Source of the DNA: Microbacterium sp.
GTDB taxonomy: Bacteria > Actinomycetota > Actinomycetes > Actinomycetales > Microbacteriaceae
Length of the DNA stretch: 64,000 nt
Assembly: GCF_049650565.1 (NCBI RefSeq)
Contig: NZ_JBASAK010000054.1
Location: 3,218 to 67,217 of the forward strand
Reading direction: 5' to 3'
The position numbers and the translations under genes were made by a program. Below, piece by piece: positions 28,661-38,860 of the stretch (positions within the stretch are counted from its first letter, which is position 1; every line of letters begins with the position of its first letter). A model generated the notes under the pieces. The model saw only the letters and a list, made by a program, of their open reading frames with translations. It had not been told where the DNA came from and did not search any database.

Positions 28661-28741
28661 CCGGGTTATCCACGGCGCACGTCCGAGCAGCAACCGTGCG
28701 GAGCCAATAGAGTGGAGGCCCCGCACAGATGGGAGCCGGAG

Positions 28742-29587
28742 ATGTCGGAGAAGATCGTCGTCGGTGTGATCGACGCGCAGGAGAGCCGCCGTGCCATCGA
28801 CTGGGCGGTGTCGCGAGCCCAATCACGCGGACAGTCCGTCGAGCTGCTCAGCGTCGTGGGTGGTGCAGTGGGCATGGTCGGCGAGGGCATCGTCATCCAG
28901 GCGGCGCTCGAGACCACCGAGCAGATCCTCGCCGAGGCTGCCGGCGGCATCCGGGTTCCGAACCTGACCGTCACCACCCGCGTCGCGATCGGGGATCCGG
29001 CAGGGGTCCTCGTCGAGGCGTCGAAGGATGCCGCGCTGCTGGTCATCGGCAGCGACTACCGCGGCCCGGGCGAGGGACCGGCGCGCGGATCGCACGGCAT
29101 CCGCATCGCGGCCGCCGCACAGTGCCCGGTCGTGGTCGTGCCGGGATTCGATCTGGGCGCCGACCGTCATGGCGTGGTCGTGGGCGTGGACGGCTCCCCC
29201 GTCTCCGAGGCCGCGATCGCGTTCGCCGCGGCAGAGGCCGACCGGCTGAGCGAACCGCTCACCGCCGTCATCGTGTGGACGCCGATCACGGCGCCGCGCC
29301 ACGCGCTGATGGTCAACACCGAGGACTATCGCAACGGCATGGAGCAGGCCGCCCGCGAGGCCCTCGCACTGTCCCTCGCGGGGCTGCACAGCAGGTATCC
29401 GGGCATCGAGATCGTCGAGGCGGTCGCGCAAGGATATCCCTCGCAGGTCATCAACGAGCTCGCGTCAGAAGCACGCCTGACCGTCGTGGGCAGCCGGGGG
29501 CACGGGGCCGTGCGGCGGTTCCTTCTCGGCTCCATCGGCCACGAGGTGCTGCAGCGCCTGGCATCCGTGACGGTCATCGTACGCTGA
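28742..29587 (+). CDS. universal stress protein (tandem Usp domains)
   Basis: There are two Usp units: IVVGVIDAQESRRAIDWA...LLVIGSDYRG and VVVGVDGSPVSEAAIAFA...VVGSRGHGAVRRFLLGSIGHEV. Confidence 0.88.
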   Translation: MSEKIVVGVIDAQESRRAIDWAVSRAQSRGQSVELLSVVGGAVGMVGEGIVIQAALETTEQILAEAAGGIRVPNLTVTTRVAIGDPAGVLVEASKDAALLVIGSDYRGPGEGPARGSHGIRIAAAAQCPVVVVPGFDLGADRHGVVVGVDGSPVSEAAIAFAAAEADRLSEPLTAVIVWTPITAPRHALMVNTEDYRNGMEQAAREALALSLAGLHSRYPGIEIVEAVAQGYPSQVINELASEARLTVVGSRGHGAVRRFLLGSIGHEVLQRLASVTVIVR

Positions 29588-29699
29588 TCGGGCTCAGCCC
29601 GCCGAGCGCAGCTCGTGCGGGGCGACATTGAGCCTGCGGCGTCCGGGCGCGATGTACGGCTCCTCGTGCACCGAGACGCCCGCGGCCTACGACCCCGGG

Positions 29700-30155
29700 T
29701 CAGGATGCCGCGAGGCGGACCCGCTCGCCGAGGAACGCCAGCTGCTCGTCGCCGAGCGCCGTCACCGCGTACGAGACCGGCCAGACAGCGCCATCGTCGA
29801 GGTTCGCGGCCTGATCGAACTCGAACGTCGAGTAGCGCACCGTGAACTTGGAGCGCGGCTTGTAGAAGCACACGACCTTTCCGGCCTCGTTCGCATATGC
29901 CGGCATCCCGTAGTACGTGCGCGGCACCAGGTGAGGTGCGACCTCGGCGACCAGCGCGTGCAGCGCCTCACCCAGCGCCCGATCGTCATCGGGCATCTCG
30001 GCCAGCTTTGCTCGCACCTCGGCTTCGCCCTCGCGGCGGAGCTCTTCCGCATCCTCCTTGCCCCTCGAGCGGGCCTTGCGCCGCTCGGTCGAGGCGGCCT
30101 TCATCGCCGCGCGCTCCTCGTCCGAGAACACCACTGTCTTGTCGGTAGTCGCCAT
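29700..30155 (-). CDS. DUF1801 (YdhG-like) domain protein
   Basis: The 151-aa product contains LVPRTYYGMPAYANEAGKVVCFY, typical of the family. The assignment is from memory. Confidence 0.6.
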   Translation of the reverse strand: MATTDKTVVFSDEERAAMKAASTERRKARSRGKEDAEELRREGEAEVRAKLAEMPDDDRALGEALHALVAEVAPHLVPRTYYGMPAYANEAGKVVCFYKPRSKFTVRYSTFEFDQAANLDDGAVWPVSYAVTALGDEQLAFLGERVRLAAS

Positions 30156-30246
30156 GTCGGCCTCCTTGTGTCATCTCCCACGCTACGAAAGCGGGGCGGG
30201 AGCCGCTTCTCGACTCCTGACCGGTATGTGGCGCTACTGTGAGTCC

Positions 30247-30669
30247 ATGGACCTGCGCGTCGCCGCCTACGCCGTCGTCACCGACGAGCACGACCGCATC
30301 CTGCTGGCCCGCTGGACCGAGGGCAGGCGCGTGGCGTGGACCATGCCGGGCGGCGGCCTCGAGGAGGGCGAGGCCCCTGAGCTGGCGGTGCGGCGCGAGC
30401 TGCGCGAGGAGACCGGCTTCCACATCGAGACGACCGAACTGCTGGGCATCCACTCCCGCGTCATCCCCGGCTCACGGCGTGTGCACAAGGCCGAGTCGCC
30501 GCTGCACACCCTGCGCATCGTCTATCGGGCCGACATCACCGGTGGCACGCTGCGCTTCGAGACCAACGGCTCCACCGACATGGCGGCGTGGTTCACCCTG
30601 TCCGAGGTCGCGAAGCTGCAGCGCGTGAAGCTCGTCGACATCGCCCTGCGCATGGCGGGCATTCTCTGA
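30247..30669 (+). CDS. NUDIX hydrolase
   Basis: The Nudix box is PGGGLEEGEAPELAVRRELREETGF. Confidence 0.9.
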   Translation: MDLRVAAYAVVTDEHDRILLARWTEGRRVAWTMPGGGLEEGEAPELAVRRELREETGFHIETTELLGIHSRVIPGSRRVHKAESPLHTLRIVYRADITGGTLRFETNGSTDMAAWFTLSEVAKLQRVKLVDIALRMAGIL

Positions 30670-30685
30670 TCACAGGCCGCCAGGC

Positions 30686-31210
30686 TCAGGCCGGCGGCTG
30701 CTCGGGAGACGTGATATCGGCGACCGTGGCGCCGTAGGCGCGGATGAGGTCGTCGGCGTCGACGAACAGGCTGTAGCCGTGCGCACCCGCGCCCATGGCC
30801 ACACGCCGACCCACGATGGTCTCGTCGGCGTACACCGGCCAGTCGGTGGTGCTGCCGATGGGCACGATCGTGCCGCGCTCGTAGCCGGTCGCGGCCAGCG
30901 CGAGCTCGGGCTCCGGCAGCCGCAGTTTGTTCACGCCCACGAGCGCGCGCAGCTTGGGCCACGAGATCGACCTGCCGCCGGGCACCAGCACGAACAGGTA
31001 CTGATCGGTCTTCTGGGCACCTGACCCCGTCGAATGACGCTTCACCACCAGGGTCTTCACGATGTCGGACGGCTGCAGGCCCAGCAGATCGGCGGCCTCC
31101 TGCAGGCTGTTCGCGGCGGGACGCTCGCGGATCTCGATGGCGAGGTCTCGAGCGGATGCCGCAGAGCGCACCCGCTCGAGACCGCCGTCGCGGTCAGGAA
31201 CCGCCGACAT
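30686..31210 (-). CDS. YbaK/EbsC-type aminoacyl-tRNA editing domain protein
   Basis: The product contains IVKTLVVK...YLFVLVPGGRSISWPKLRALVG...GTIVPIGS. Confidence 0.75.
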   Translation of the reverse strand: MSAVPDRDGGLERVRSAASARDLAIEIRERPAANSLQEAADLLGLQPSDIVKTLVVKRHSTGSGAQKTDQYLFVLVPGGRSISWPKLRALVGVNKLRLPEPELALAATGYERGTIVPIGSTTDWPVYADETIVGRRVAMGAGAHGYSLFVDADDLIRAYGATVADITSPEQPPA

Positions 31211-31212
31211 GC

Positions 31213-31710
31213 TCAGGCGTTGGGAGTGGACAGCGGGTCATCCGCGACCCACAGCTCGTCATCCGCGCGCAGCGCCTGCCACGCGGCGACGACCACGCCG
31301 ATCGCCGCCGCGGCGCCCAGCACGAGTGCGATGACCGAGCCCAGGCCGGGGCCCTTCTTCTGTGAGACGGCGGGGGCGGGAACGCCCAGCACACTGCGGC
31401 GCTTGGCGTTGGCGACATCCCAGGCCGACAGGGCGGTGCCCACGACGCCGCCCACCATGGGGACGACGCGCTGGTCGACGACCTTCCTCCCCATCTTCAG
31501 ACCGCGATCGAGAGTCGGCGCCACACGGCGGCTGTAGGTGTCCTGTACGACGGGCACGACCTGCTCGCGGTTGAAGTGGCCGAGCTGGCGACCGGCCTCG
31601 CGTGCGATGTCGGCGGCGTGGCCGACCAGCACCTGCTGAGCCTCCCACAGCTGACCCGCATCGTCCTGAAGCTTGCGCAGCTCCTTCTTGCGCTTGCGGC
31701 TGAGATTCAC
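31213..31710 (-). CDS. hypothetical membrane-anchored protein
   Basis: The product has a basic N-terminus and a C-terminal helix GLGSVIALVLGAAAAIGVVVAAW. The gene is tightly packed with the downstream gene. Confidence 0.6.
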   Translation of the reverse strand: MNLSRKRKKELRKLQDDAGQLWEAQQVLVGHAADIAREAGRQLGHFNREQVVPVVQDTYSRRVAPTLDRGLKMGRKVVDQRVVPMVGGVVGTALSAWDVANAKRRSVLGVPAPAVSQKKGPGLGSVIALVLGAAAAIGVVVAAWQALRADDELWVADDPLSTPNA

Positions 31711-31842
31711 GTTGCTCTCCCGTCGGTCTGAGTCCGTAGGTTCCTACATCTTGTCAGACGAGGCTGTATGCGGGCAGGGATCTGGCGCACACCCTCCTGA
31801 TGTGCGACTATACGCGCGCGCACAGACGCGCTCTGAGAGAAT

Positions 31843-32406
31843 GTGAGCATGCCTCACGCTTCTCACGTCGCAACACTGCACACCAACCACGGCGACATCG
31901 TCGTCAACCTGTTCGGCGACCACGCCCCGAACACCGTCGCCAACTTCGTCGGGCTGGCCGACGGCAGCAAGTCCTGGACGCACCCGGCCACCGGCAAGCC
32001 CGGCGAGGGTCCGCTGTACAAGGACGTCATCTTCCACCGCATCATCCCGAACTTCATGATCCAGGGCGGCGACCCGCTCGGGCAGGGCATCGGCGGCCCC
32101 GGCTACAACTTCGACGACGAGATCAACATGGAGCTGAACTTCAACGAGCCCTACATCCTCGCCATGGCCAACGCGGGCCTGCGCCGCAACGCCATCACAG
32201 GCAAGGCCGAGGGCACCAACGGCTCGCAGTTCTTCATCACCACCGACCCGACGCCGTGGCTGCAGGGCAAGCACACCATCTTCGGCGCCGTCGCCGACGA
32301 CGCCTCCAAGAAGGTCGTCGACGCCATCTCCGCCGTCCGCACCGGCGCCCAGGACCGCCCGGTCGAGGACGTCGTGCTGCAGTCGATCGACGTCGCAGCG
32401 GCCTGA
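31843..32406 (+). CDS. ppiA: peptidyl-prolyl cis-trans isomerase (cyclophilin)
   Basis: The motifs are FHRIIPNFMIQGGDP, GTNGSQFFIT and GKHTIFG. Confidence 0.93.
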   Translation: MSMPHASHVATLHTNHGDIVVNLFGDHAPNTVANFVGLADGSKSWTHPATGKPGEGPLYKDVIFHRIIPNFMIQGGDPLGQGIGGPGYNFDDEINMELNFNEPYILAMANAGLRRNAITGKAEGTNGSQFFITTDPTPWLQGKHTIFGAVADDASKKVVDAISAVRTGAQDRPVEDVVLQSIDVAAA

Positions 32407-32424
32407 GAGCGCGAGCCGATCCGG

Positions 32425-33306
32425 ATGACGACCCCAGAGTTCACGAGAAATCGAGACAACTTCTGCTACCGGCATCCGGATCGGCAGAGCTTCGTGCTCT
32501 GCCAGCGCTGCATGCGCACGATCTGCCCCGAGTGCCAGACGCAGGGCCCCGTCGGGGTGATCTGCCCGGAGTGCATGAAGGAGCAGCGCAAGGCGGAGTC
32601 CCCCGCGCAGCGCAGGGCGCGTCGCGCCTGGGGCCGCGGGCCCGTCGCGATGGCGGGCCGCAGCGGCAGGCCCGTCGTGACCTACGTGCTGCTGGCCATC
32701 ACCACGGCCATCGGGCTGCTGCAGCTGATCCCGGGGCTCGGCAACGCGATCTCCCAGGCGCTGCTGTTCAACGCGGTCTACCTCTACCCCGAGCTCTCGG
32801 GGTTCCCGTTCGAGCCCTGGCGTCTGCTCACCACCGTCTTCGTGCACGGCGGCCTGCTGCACCTCGGGCTGAACATGCTCGCGCTGTGGATGCTGGGCCA
32901 GATCCTCGAGCCGATGCTGGGGCGCGGCCGATTCCTGGCGATGTATCTCATCAGCGGACTGGGCGGATCGGTGGCCGTCGCGCTGCTGGCACCCGGCATC
33001 TCGACGGTGGGCGCATCCGGCGCGCTGTTCGGAATGATGGCCGCGCTGCTGATCATCGGCCGACACATCGGGGCGAATGTCACCGGCATCCTGGTCGTGC
33101 TGGGGATCAACTTCGCCTACGGGTTCATCGTCACCGGCATCGCCTGGCAGGCCCATCTCGGCGGCCTCATCGTCGGGGCCCTCGTCGCCCTGATCTACGT
33201 TCGCACCAAGCGCAGGGATCAGCGCACCTGGCAGATCGTGCTGCTCTCAGTGCTGACGATCCTGGTGCTCGGGCTGGCCGTCGCCGGGCAGTGGATTCTG
33301 GCTTAA
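32425..33306 (+). CDS. rhomboid family intramembrane serine protease with an N-terminal zinc ribbon
   Basis: The zinc ribbon is CYRHPDRQSFVLCQRCMRTICPECQ. The catalytic contexts are GASGALFG (Ser) and AHLGG (His). Confidence 0.88.
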   Translation: MTTPEFTRNRDNFCYRHPDRQSFVLCQRCMRTICPECQTQGPVGVICPECMKEQRKAESPAQRRARRAWGRGPVAMAGRSGRPVVTYVLLAITTAIGLLQLIPGLGNAISQALLFNAVYLYPELSGFPFEPWRLLTTVFVHGGLLHLGLNMLALWMLGQILEPMLGRGRFLAMYLISGLGGSVAVALLAPGISTVGASGALFGMMAALLIIGRHIGANVTGILVVLGINFAYGFIVTGIAWQAHLGGLIVGALVALIYVRTKRRDQRTWQIVLLSVLTILVLGLAVAGQWILA

Positions 33307-33331
33307 GGCTGATCAACGGTTGTTAACAGGG

Positions 33332-33395
33332 TTATCCCCCCGTGTGAATAACACCCGTGTAATTCTCCCCACCTGTGGATAAGTGCTGTGGATAA
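33332..33395. promoter_or_regulatory. DnaA-box cluster outside oriC
   Basis: The boxes are TGTGGATAA at 33374-33382 and 33387-33395 (both perfect), TGTGAATAA at 33343-33351, and TTATCCCCC at 33332-33340. The local DNA is visibly AT-richer than its surroundings. Confidence 0.65.
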
Positions 33396-33451
33396 CTTTG
33401 GGGAATTCTTCTCGTGGGTGGGCGCAGGGATGTTCCCGGTTGGGGGTACGG

Positions 33452-33484
33452 GAAAGGGCTCCTCGTTTCGCGAGGAGCCCTTTC
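33452..33484. terminator. bidirectional terminator between rhomboid and crgA
   Basis: The hairpin is GAAAGGGCTCCTCG / loop TTTCG / CGAGGAGCCCTTTC (14-bp perfect stem), flanked by A/T runs. Confidence 0.75.
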
Positions 33485-33501
33485 GGAGTCTTGGATGCCG
33501 G

Positions 33502-33747
33502 TCAGCGCCAGCGGGTGGTCATGAGGAAGCCGGCGAGGGCGATGCCGAGGCCGATGCCGAGGTTCCAGCCGCTGAGACCGGGGATCGGGTAGATCGAGCC
33601 GGAGATGTAGTACACGAGGATCCAGGCCAGGCCCAGCAGCATGAGGGTCACCATGAGCGGCTTGAACCAGACGGCGTTGGGAGCATCGCCCGCCGTCTCC
33701 GGACGGTCGACGGGCTCTTCGGGTACGCGAGATCGTGCCATGGGCAT
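33502..33747 (-). CDS. crgA: cell division protein CrgA
   Basis: The 81-aa product has two TM helices and contains NAVWFKPLMVTLMLLGLAWILVYY. It sits in the conserved location. The track ORF is over-extended. Confidence 0.88.
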   Translation of the reverse strand: MPMARSRVPEEPVDRPETAGDAPNAVWFKPLMVTLMLLGLAWILVYYISGSIYPIPGLSGWNLGIGLGIALAGFLMTTRWR

Positions 33748-33778
33748 CAGTCTAGCCGGGACGAATAGACTTCCACTC

Positions 33779-34570
33779 ATGCATGCTGTCGATCGGAGTC
33801 GGCGCGCTCGCCGCGCGCGCCCTCGATCGCAGGCGACCGTCACGAGCATCATCGGCGAGTTGCTGCTGACGGCCGGCGTCATCGTGCTGCTGTTCGTGTC
33901 GTGGCAGATGTGGATCGGCGACATCATCATCGGCGCGCAGAACAACGACAAGGGCGTCGCGCTGTCGCAGAAGTGGGCGCAGCAGAAGCCTGCACCGCTC
34001 CCCTCGGCGACCCCTCCCACGGAACCCGACGACGGCGCCGTCTGGTACGACCCGCCCATCCTCCCGCATCCGGCGAACGCGCAGATCTTCGCCAACATGC
34101 ACATCCCCCGCTTCGGCGCCGACTACAACGTCAACATCGCGGGCGGCACCACCCGCTCCGGCACTCTGGACCACATCGGCATCGGCCTGTACACGCAGTC
34201 GAAGATGCCGGGCGAGGTCGGCAACTTCTCGCTGGCCGGCCACCGCACCACCTGGGGCCGCCCGTTCAACAAGCTCGACAAGCTGCGCGTAGGCGACGCC
34301 ATCGTCGTGGAGACCCCCGAGGGCTGGTACACGTACCGGTTCCGCACTCTCGAGTACGTCAGACCCACGCGCGTGGACGTGCTCGACGACGTACCGCAGA
34401 TGCCCGCCCAGCAGACGGGCGAGCGCTACATCACCCTCACCGCCTGCTCGCCCCTGCACTCGCTGGCCGAGCGCATCGTCGCGTACGGGGTGTTCGAGGG
34501 ATTCCAGCCCCGTGCGGCCGGCCCGCCGGCATCCCTCGCCCCCGTCGAAGTCGCCCCGCCGTCGCTGTAG
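33779..34570 (+). CDS. class E sortase
   Basis: The product has an N-terminal anchor, the motif FSLAGHRTTWGRPF, and the catalytic TLTACSP. The start is taken at the ATG at 33779. Confidence 0.85.
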   Translation: MHAVDRSRRARRARPRSQATVTSIIGELLLTAGVIVLLFVSWQMWIGDIIIGAQNNDKGVALSQKWAQQKPAPLPSATPPTEPDDGAVWYDPPILPHPANAQIFANMHIPRFGADYNVNIAGGTTRSGTLDHIGIGLYTQSKMPGEVGNFSLAGHRTTWGRPFNKLDKLRVGDAIVVETPEGWYTYRFRTLEYVRPTRVDVLDDVPQMPAQQTGERYITLTACSPLHSLAERIVAYGVFEGFQPRAAGPPASLAPVEVAPPSL

Positions 34571-34584
34571 GAAGGAGAACGCCG

Positions 34585-34740
34585 ATGTATGCAGCCCTGT
34601 GGCGCCTGCTGCCAGGACCGTGGTGGGTGCGCGTGATCATCCTGCTGATCGTGGTGGCCGCGATCCTGTATGCCCTGTTCTTCTACGTCTTCCCCTGGGT
34701 GAGCCCGTTCATCACGCCCGGCGAGGTCGACGTGTCGTGA
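34585..34740 (+). CDS. small conserved membrane protein (51 aa)
   Basis: GGAAGGAG precedes the ATG at 34585. The sequence is MYAALWRLLPGPWWVRVIILLIVVAAILYALFFYVFPWV. The stop overlaps the next gene's start. Confidence 0.6.
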   Translation: MYAALWRLLPGPWWVRVIILLIVVAAILYALFFYVFPWVSPFITPGEVDVS

Positions 34741-35341
34741 CCGTGCGCGTGCTGGTGGTCGACAACCACGACAGCTTCGTGCACACCCTGATCGGCTACC
34801 TGACCGAGCTGGGTGCGGACGTGACGATGGTCGAGGCGGATGCGCTGGATGCCGACAACCTGTCGGCCCGGCTCAGCGGTCACGACGCCGTCATGATCTC
34901 CCCCGGACCGGGCACGCCTGCCGACGCCGGTGCCTCTCTCGCGGTCGTGCGCGTCGCGGCGGAGAGGCGGATGCCGCTGCTGGGCGTGTGCCTGGGTCAT
35001 CAGGCCATCGCCGAGGCCTTCGGCGGCACGGTCGGGCGCGCCCCCGAGCTCATGCACGGCATGGTCTCGCAGGTCACTCACGACGGGTCGGCGCTGTTCG
35101 CCGGCATCCGCTCCCCCTTCGCCGCCGGTCGCTACCACTCGCTGGCCGTCGACGAGGAGACCCTGCCGCGCGTCCTGCGGGTGACGGCGAGAGCAGAGCG
35201 CGGCACGATCATGGGCGTCGAGCACGAGAGCCTTCCCATCGTGGGCGTGCAGTTCCACCCCGAGAGCGTCCTCACCGAGCGCGGGCACCGGCTGCTGGGC
35301 AACTGGCTGGCGCGCGCCGCGCAGGCGGGATCAGCGACGAG

Positions 35342-35348
<7 letters not shown>
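34737..35348 (+). CDS. trpG: glutamine amidotransferase subunit of anthranilate/aminodeoxychorismate synthase
   Basis: The motifs are VLVVDNHDSFVHTL, LLGVCLGHQAI (catalytic Cys) and GVQFHPES. I cannot separate trpG from pabA by sequence alone. The symbol follows the Rv0013 position. Confidence 0.8.
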
Positions 35349-37042
<1,694 letters not shown>

Positions 37043-37102
37043 GTCCCGTCTCCCCCTTGGTGCTCCTGAAACTCTCCAGCCAGATTACCCGGCCGTTCCT
37101 GA

Positions 37103-38860
37103 CTATTGAGCGGGAGGCGGGTTGACGCCCTGAACCGGATCGGTGACCGCCGGCTGGATGCTGGTGGACGTGCCGGAGTTGGACATGTCGGATGCCCGGT
37201 CGCCGCAGTACGCGAGGTAGGTGGCCGTGACGGTCTTGCCGGCCGTGCCCGCGTCGACGACGATCACGGCGGAGCCGGTGCCCGGGGTGAAGCTCATGGT
37301 GGTCTTGGTCGGATCCGCCTTGAACTTGGCGTTGGTGAGCGTGACCTCGTACGAGGTGAGCGGGCCGGCGCCGGACGGGCAGACGTAGCTGTTCCAGTTG
37401 ACGGTCGCCTCCTTGCCCTCGGTCACGGTGCCCGGGATGCTCGGCGCCGTCTGTGGCTTGGGGATGGCCACCTGATCGGTGTAGTAGAACATCCGGATGG
37501 TGGCTCCCACGTCCTGGTTGCCGCCGTCGTCGATCTGGTAGATCTTGCCGACCTGGTCCTGCGACTCGGCCGGGTTGCCCGGCTGGCAGTCTGCGATCAG
37601 GCCATTGTCATCCAGCGTCTTGGTGGCTTCGTCGCATTTCATGCCCTTGAGGTTCAGCGAGTCCACGTTCACGGTCGCCGGGGTGGTCGGAGTGGGCGAG
37701 TCCTCCGGTGTCGGCTCAGTCGACGGCGTCGTGATCGAACTCTTCGTCTTCGCCGGGGTCTTGTCGTCCTGGTTGGACAGCAGGCCGATCAGCGTGCCGC
37801 CCAGCGCCAGCACCAGAAGCGCGATCAGGGCGATCAGCGGCCACGTCCACGGGCTGCGCTTCTTCTTCTTCTTGGTCTCGCCGTCGAGCTCCGCGGCCTG
37901 CTCGGTGGGCAGCTGCGCGGTGGTCGGCATGATGGTTGTGGCGGCGCCGTCGCCCATCCCGGTGAGGATGCGCGTCGCGTCATCCGCGTTCGCCACACCG
38001 GCTCCGGCGATGGCCGGAACGGCGATGGCGGCGGAGTTGAGGTCGCCGCGCCGCAGCGCCTGCGCGGCGCGTGCGACGGTCGCCGCCGACGAGGGCCGGT
38101 CGGCGGGCTTCTTCGCGATCATCGACATCACGAGGTTCTGCACGGGCACGGGAACCGTCTGAGGCAGCGGCGGGGGCTGCTCGTTGATCTGCGCCATCGC
38201 GATGGCCACCTGCGACTCGCCCGTGAACGGGCGTTTGCCCGCCAGGCACTCGTAGGCGACGATGCCCAGCGAGTACACGTCGGTGGCGGGGGATGCCGAG
38301 TGGCCGGACGCCTGCTCGGGCGAGAGGTACTGCACGGTGCCCATCACCTGGCCGGTGGCGGTGAGCGGAACCTGGTCGGCGATGCGGGCGATGCCGAAGT
38401 CGGTGATCTTCACGCGGCCGTCGGGCGTGATCAGCAGGTTGCCGGGCTTGATGTCGCGGTGCACCAGTCCCGCGGCGTGGGCGGCCTGCAGAGCGGATGC
38501 CGTCTGCGCGACGTAGTCGAGCGTCTTGTCGGCGCTCAGCGCGCCGTCGCGCTCGAGGATCGTCGACAGCGCCTCGCCGGGCACCAGCTCCATGACCAGG
38601 AAGGCCGAGCCGTTCTCCTCGCCGTAGTCGAACACGCTGGCGATGCCCTCGTGGTTGACCAGAGCGGCGTGACGGGCCTCGGCGCGGAAGCGCTCCAGGA
38701 AGCCCGGATCGCCCATGTACTCGTCCTTGAGGATCTTGATGGCGACCGTGCGTCCGATGACGTGATCGGTCGCCTCCCACACCTCGCCCATGCCGCCGAT
38801 CGCGATCCGCGACTGCAGCTCGTAGCGCCCACCGAACGACACACCCTGCGTCGGCCTCAT
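37103..38860 (-). CDS. second Ser/Thr protein kinase (PknA position) with a TM helix and extracellular domain
   Basis: The kinase motifs are GGMGEVWEA, VAIK, HRDIKPGN and DFGIA. The TM helix is WTWPLIALIALLVLALGGTLIGLL. After it come one PASTA-like unit and a beta-rich domain. Confidence 0.9.
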   Translation of the reverse strand: MRPTQGVSFGGRYELQSRIAIGGMGEVWEATDHVIGRTVAIKILKDEYMGDPGFLERFRAEARHAALVNHEGIASVFDYGEENGSAFLVMELVPGEALSTILERDGALSADKTLDYVAQTASALQAAHAAGLVHRDIKPGNLLITPDGRVKITDFGIARIADQVPLTATGQVMGTVQYLSPEQASGHSASPATDVYSLGIVAYECLAGKRPFTGESQVAIAMAQINEQPPPLPQTVPVPVQNLVMSMIAKKPADRPSSAATVARAAQALRRGDLNSAAIAVPAIAGAGVANADDATRILTGMGDGAATTIMPTTAQLPTEQAAELDGETKKKKKRSPWTWPLIALIALLVLALGGTLIGLLSNQDDKTPAKTKSSITTPSTEPTPEDSPTPTTPATVNVDSLNLKGMKCDEATKTLDDNGLIADCQPGNPAESQDQVGKIYQIDDGGNQDVGATIRMFYYTDQVAIPKPQTAPSIPGTVTEGKEATVNWNSYVCPSGAGPLTSYEVTLTNAKFKADPTKTTMSFTPGTGSAVIVVDAGTAGKTVTATYLAYCGDRASDMSNSGTSTSIQPAVTDPVQGVNPPPAQ

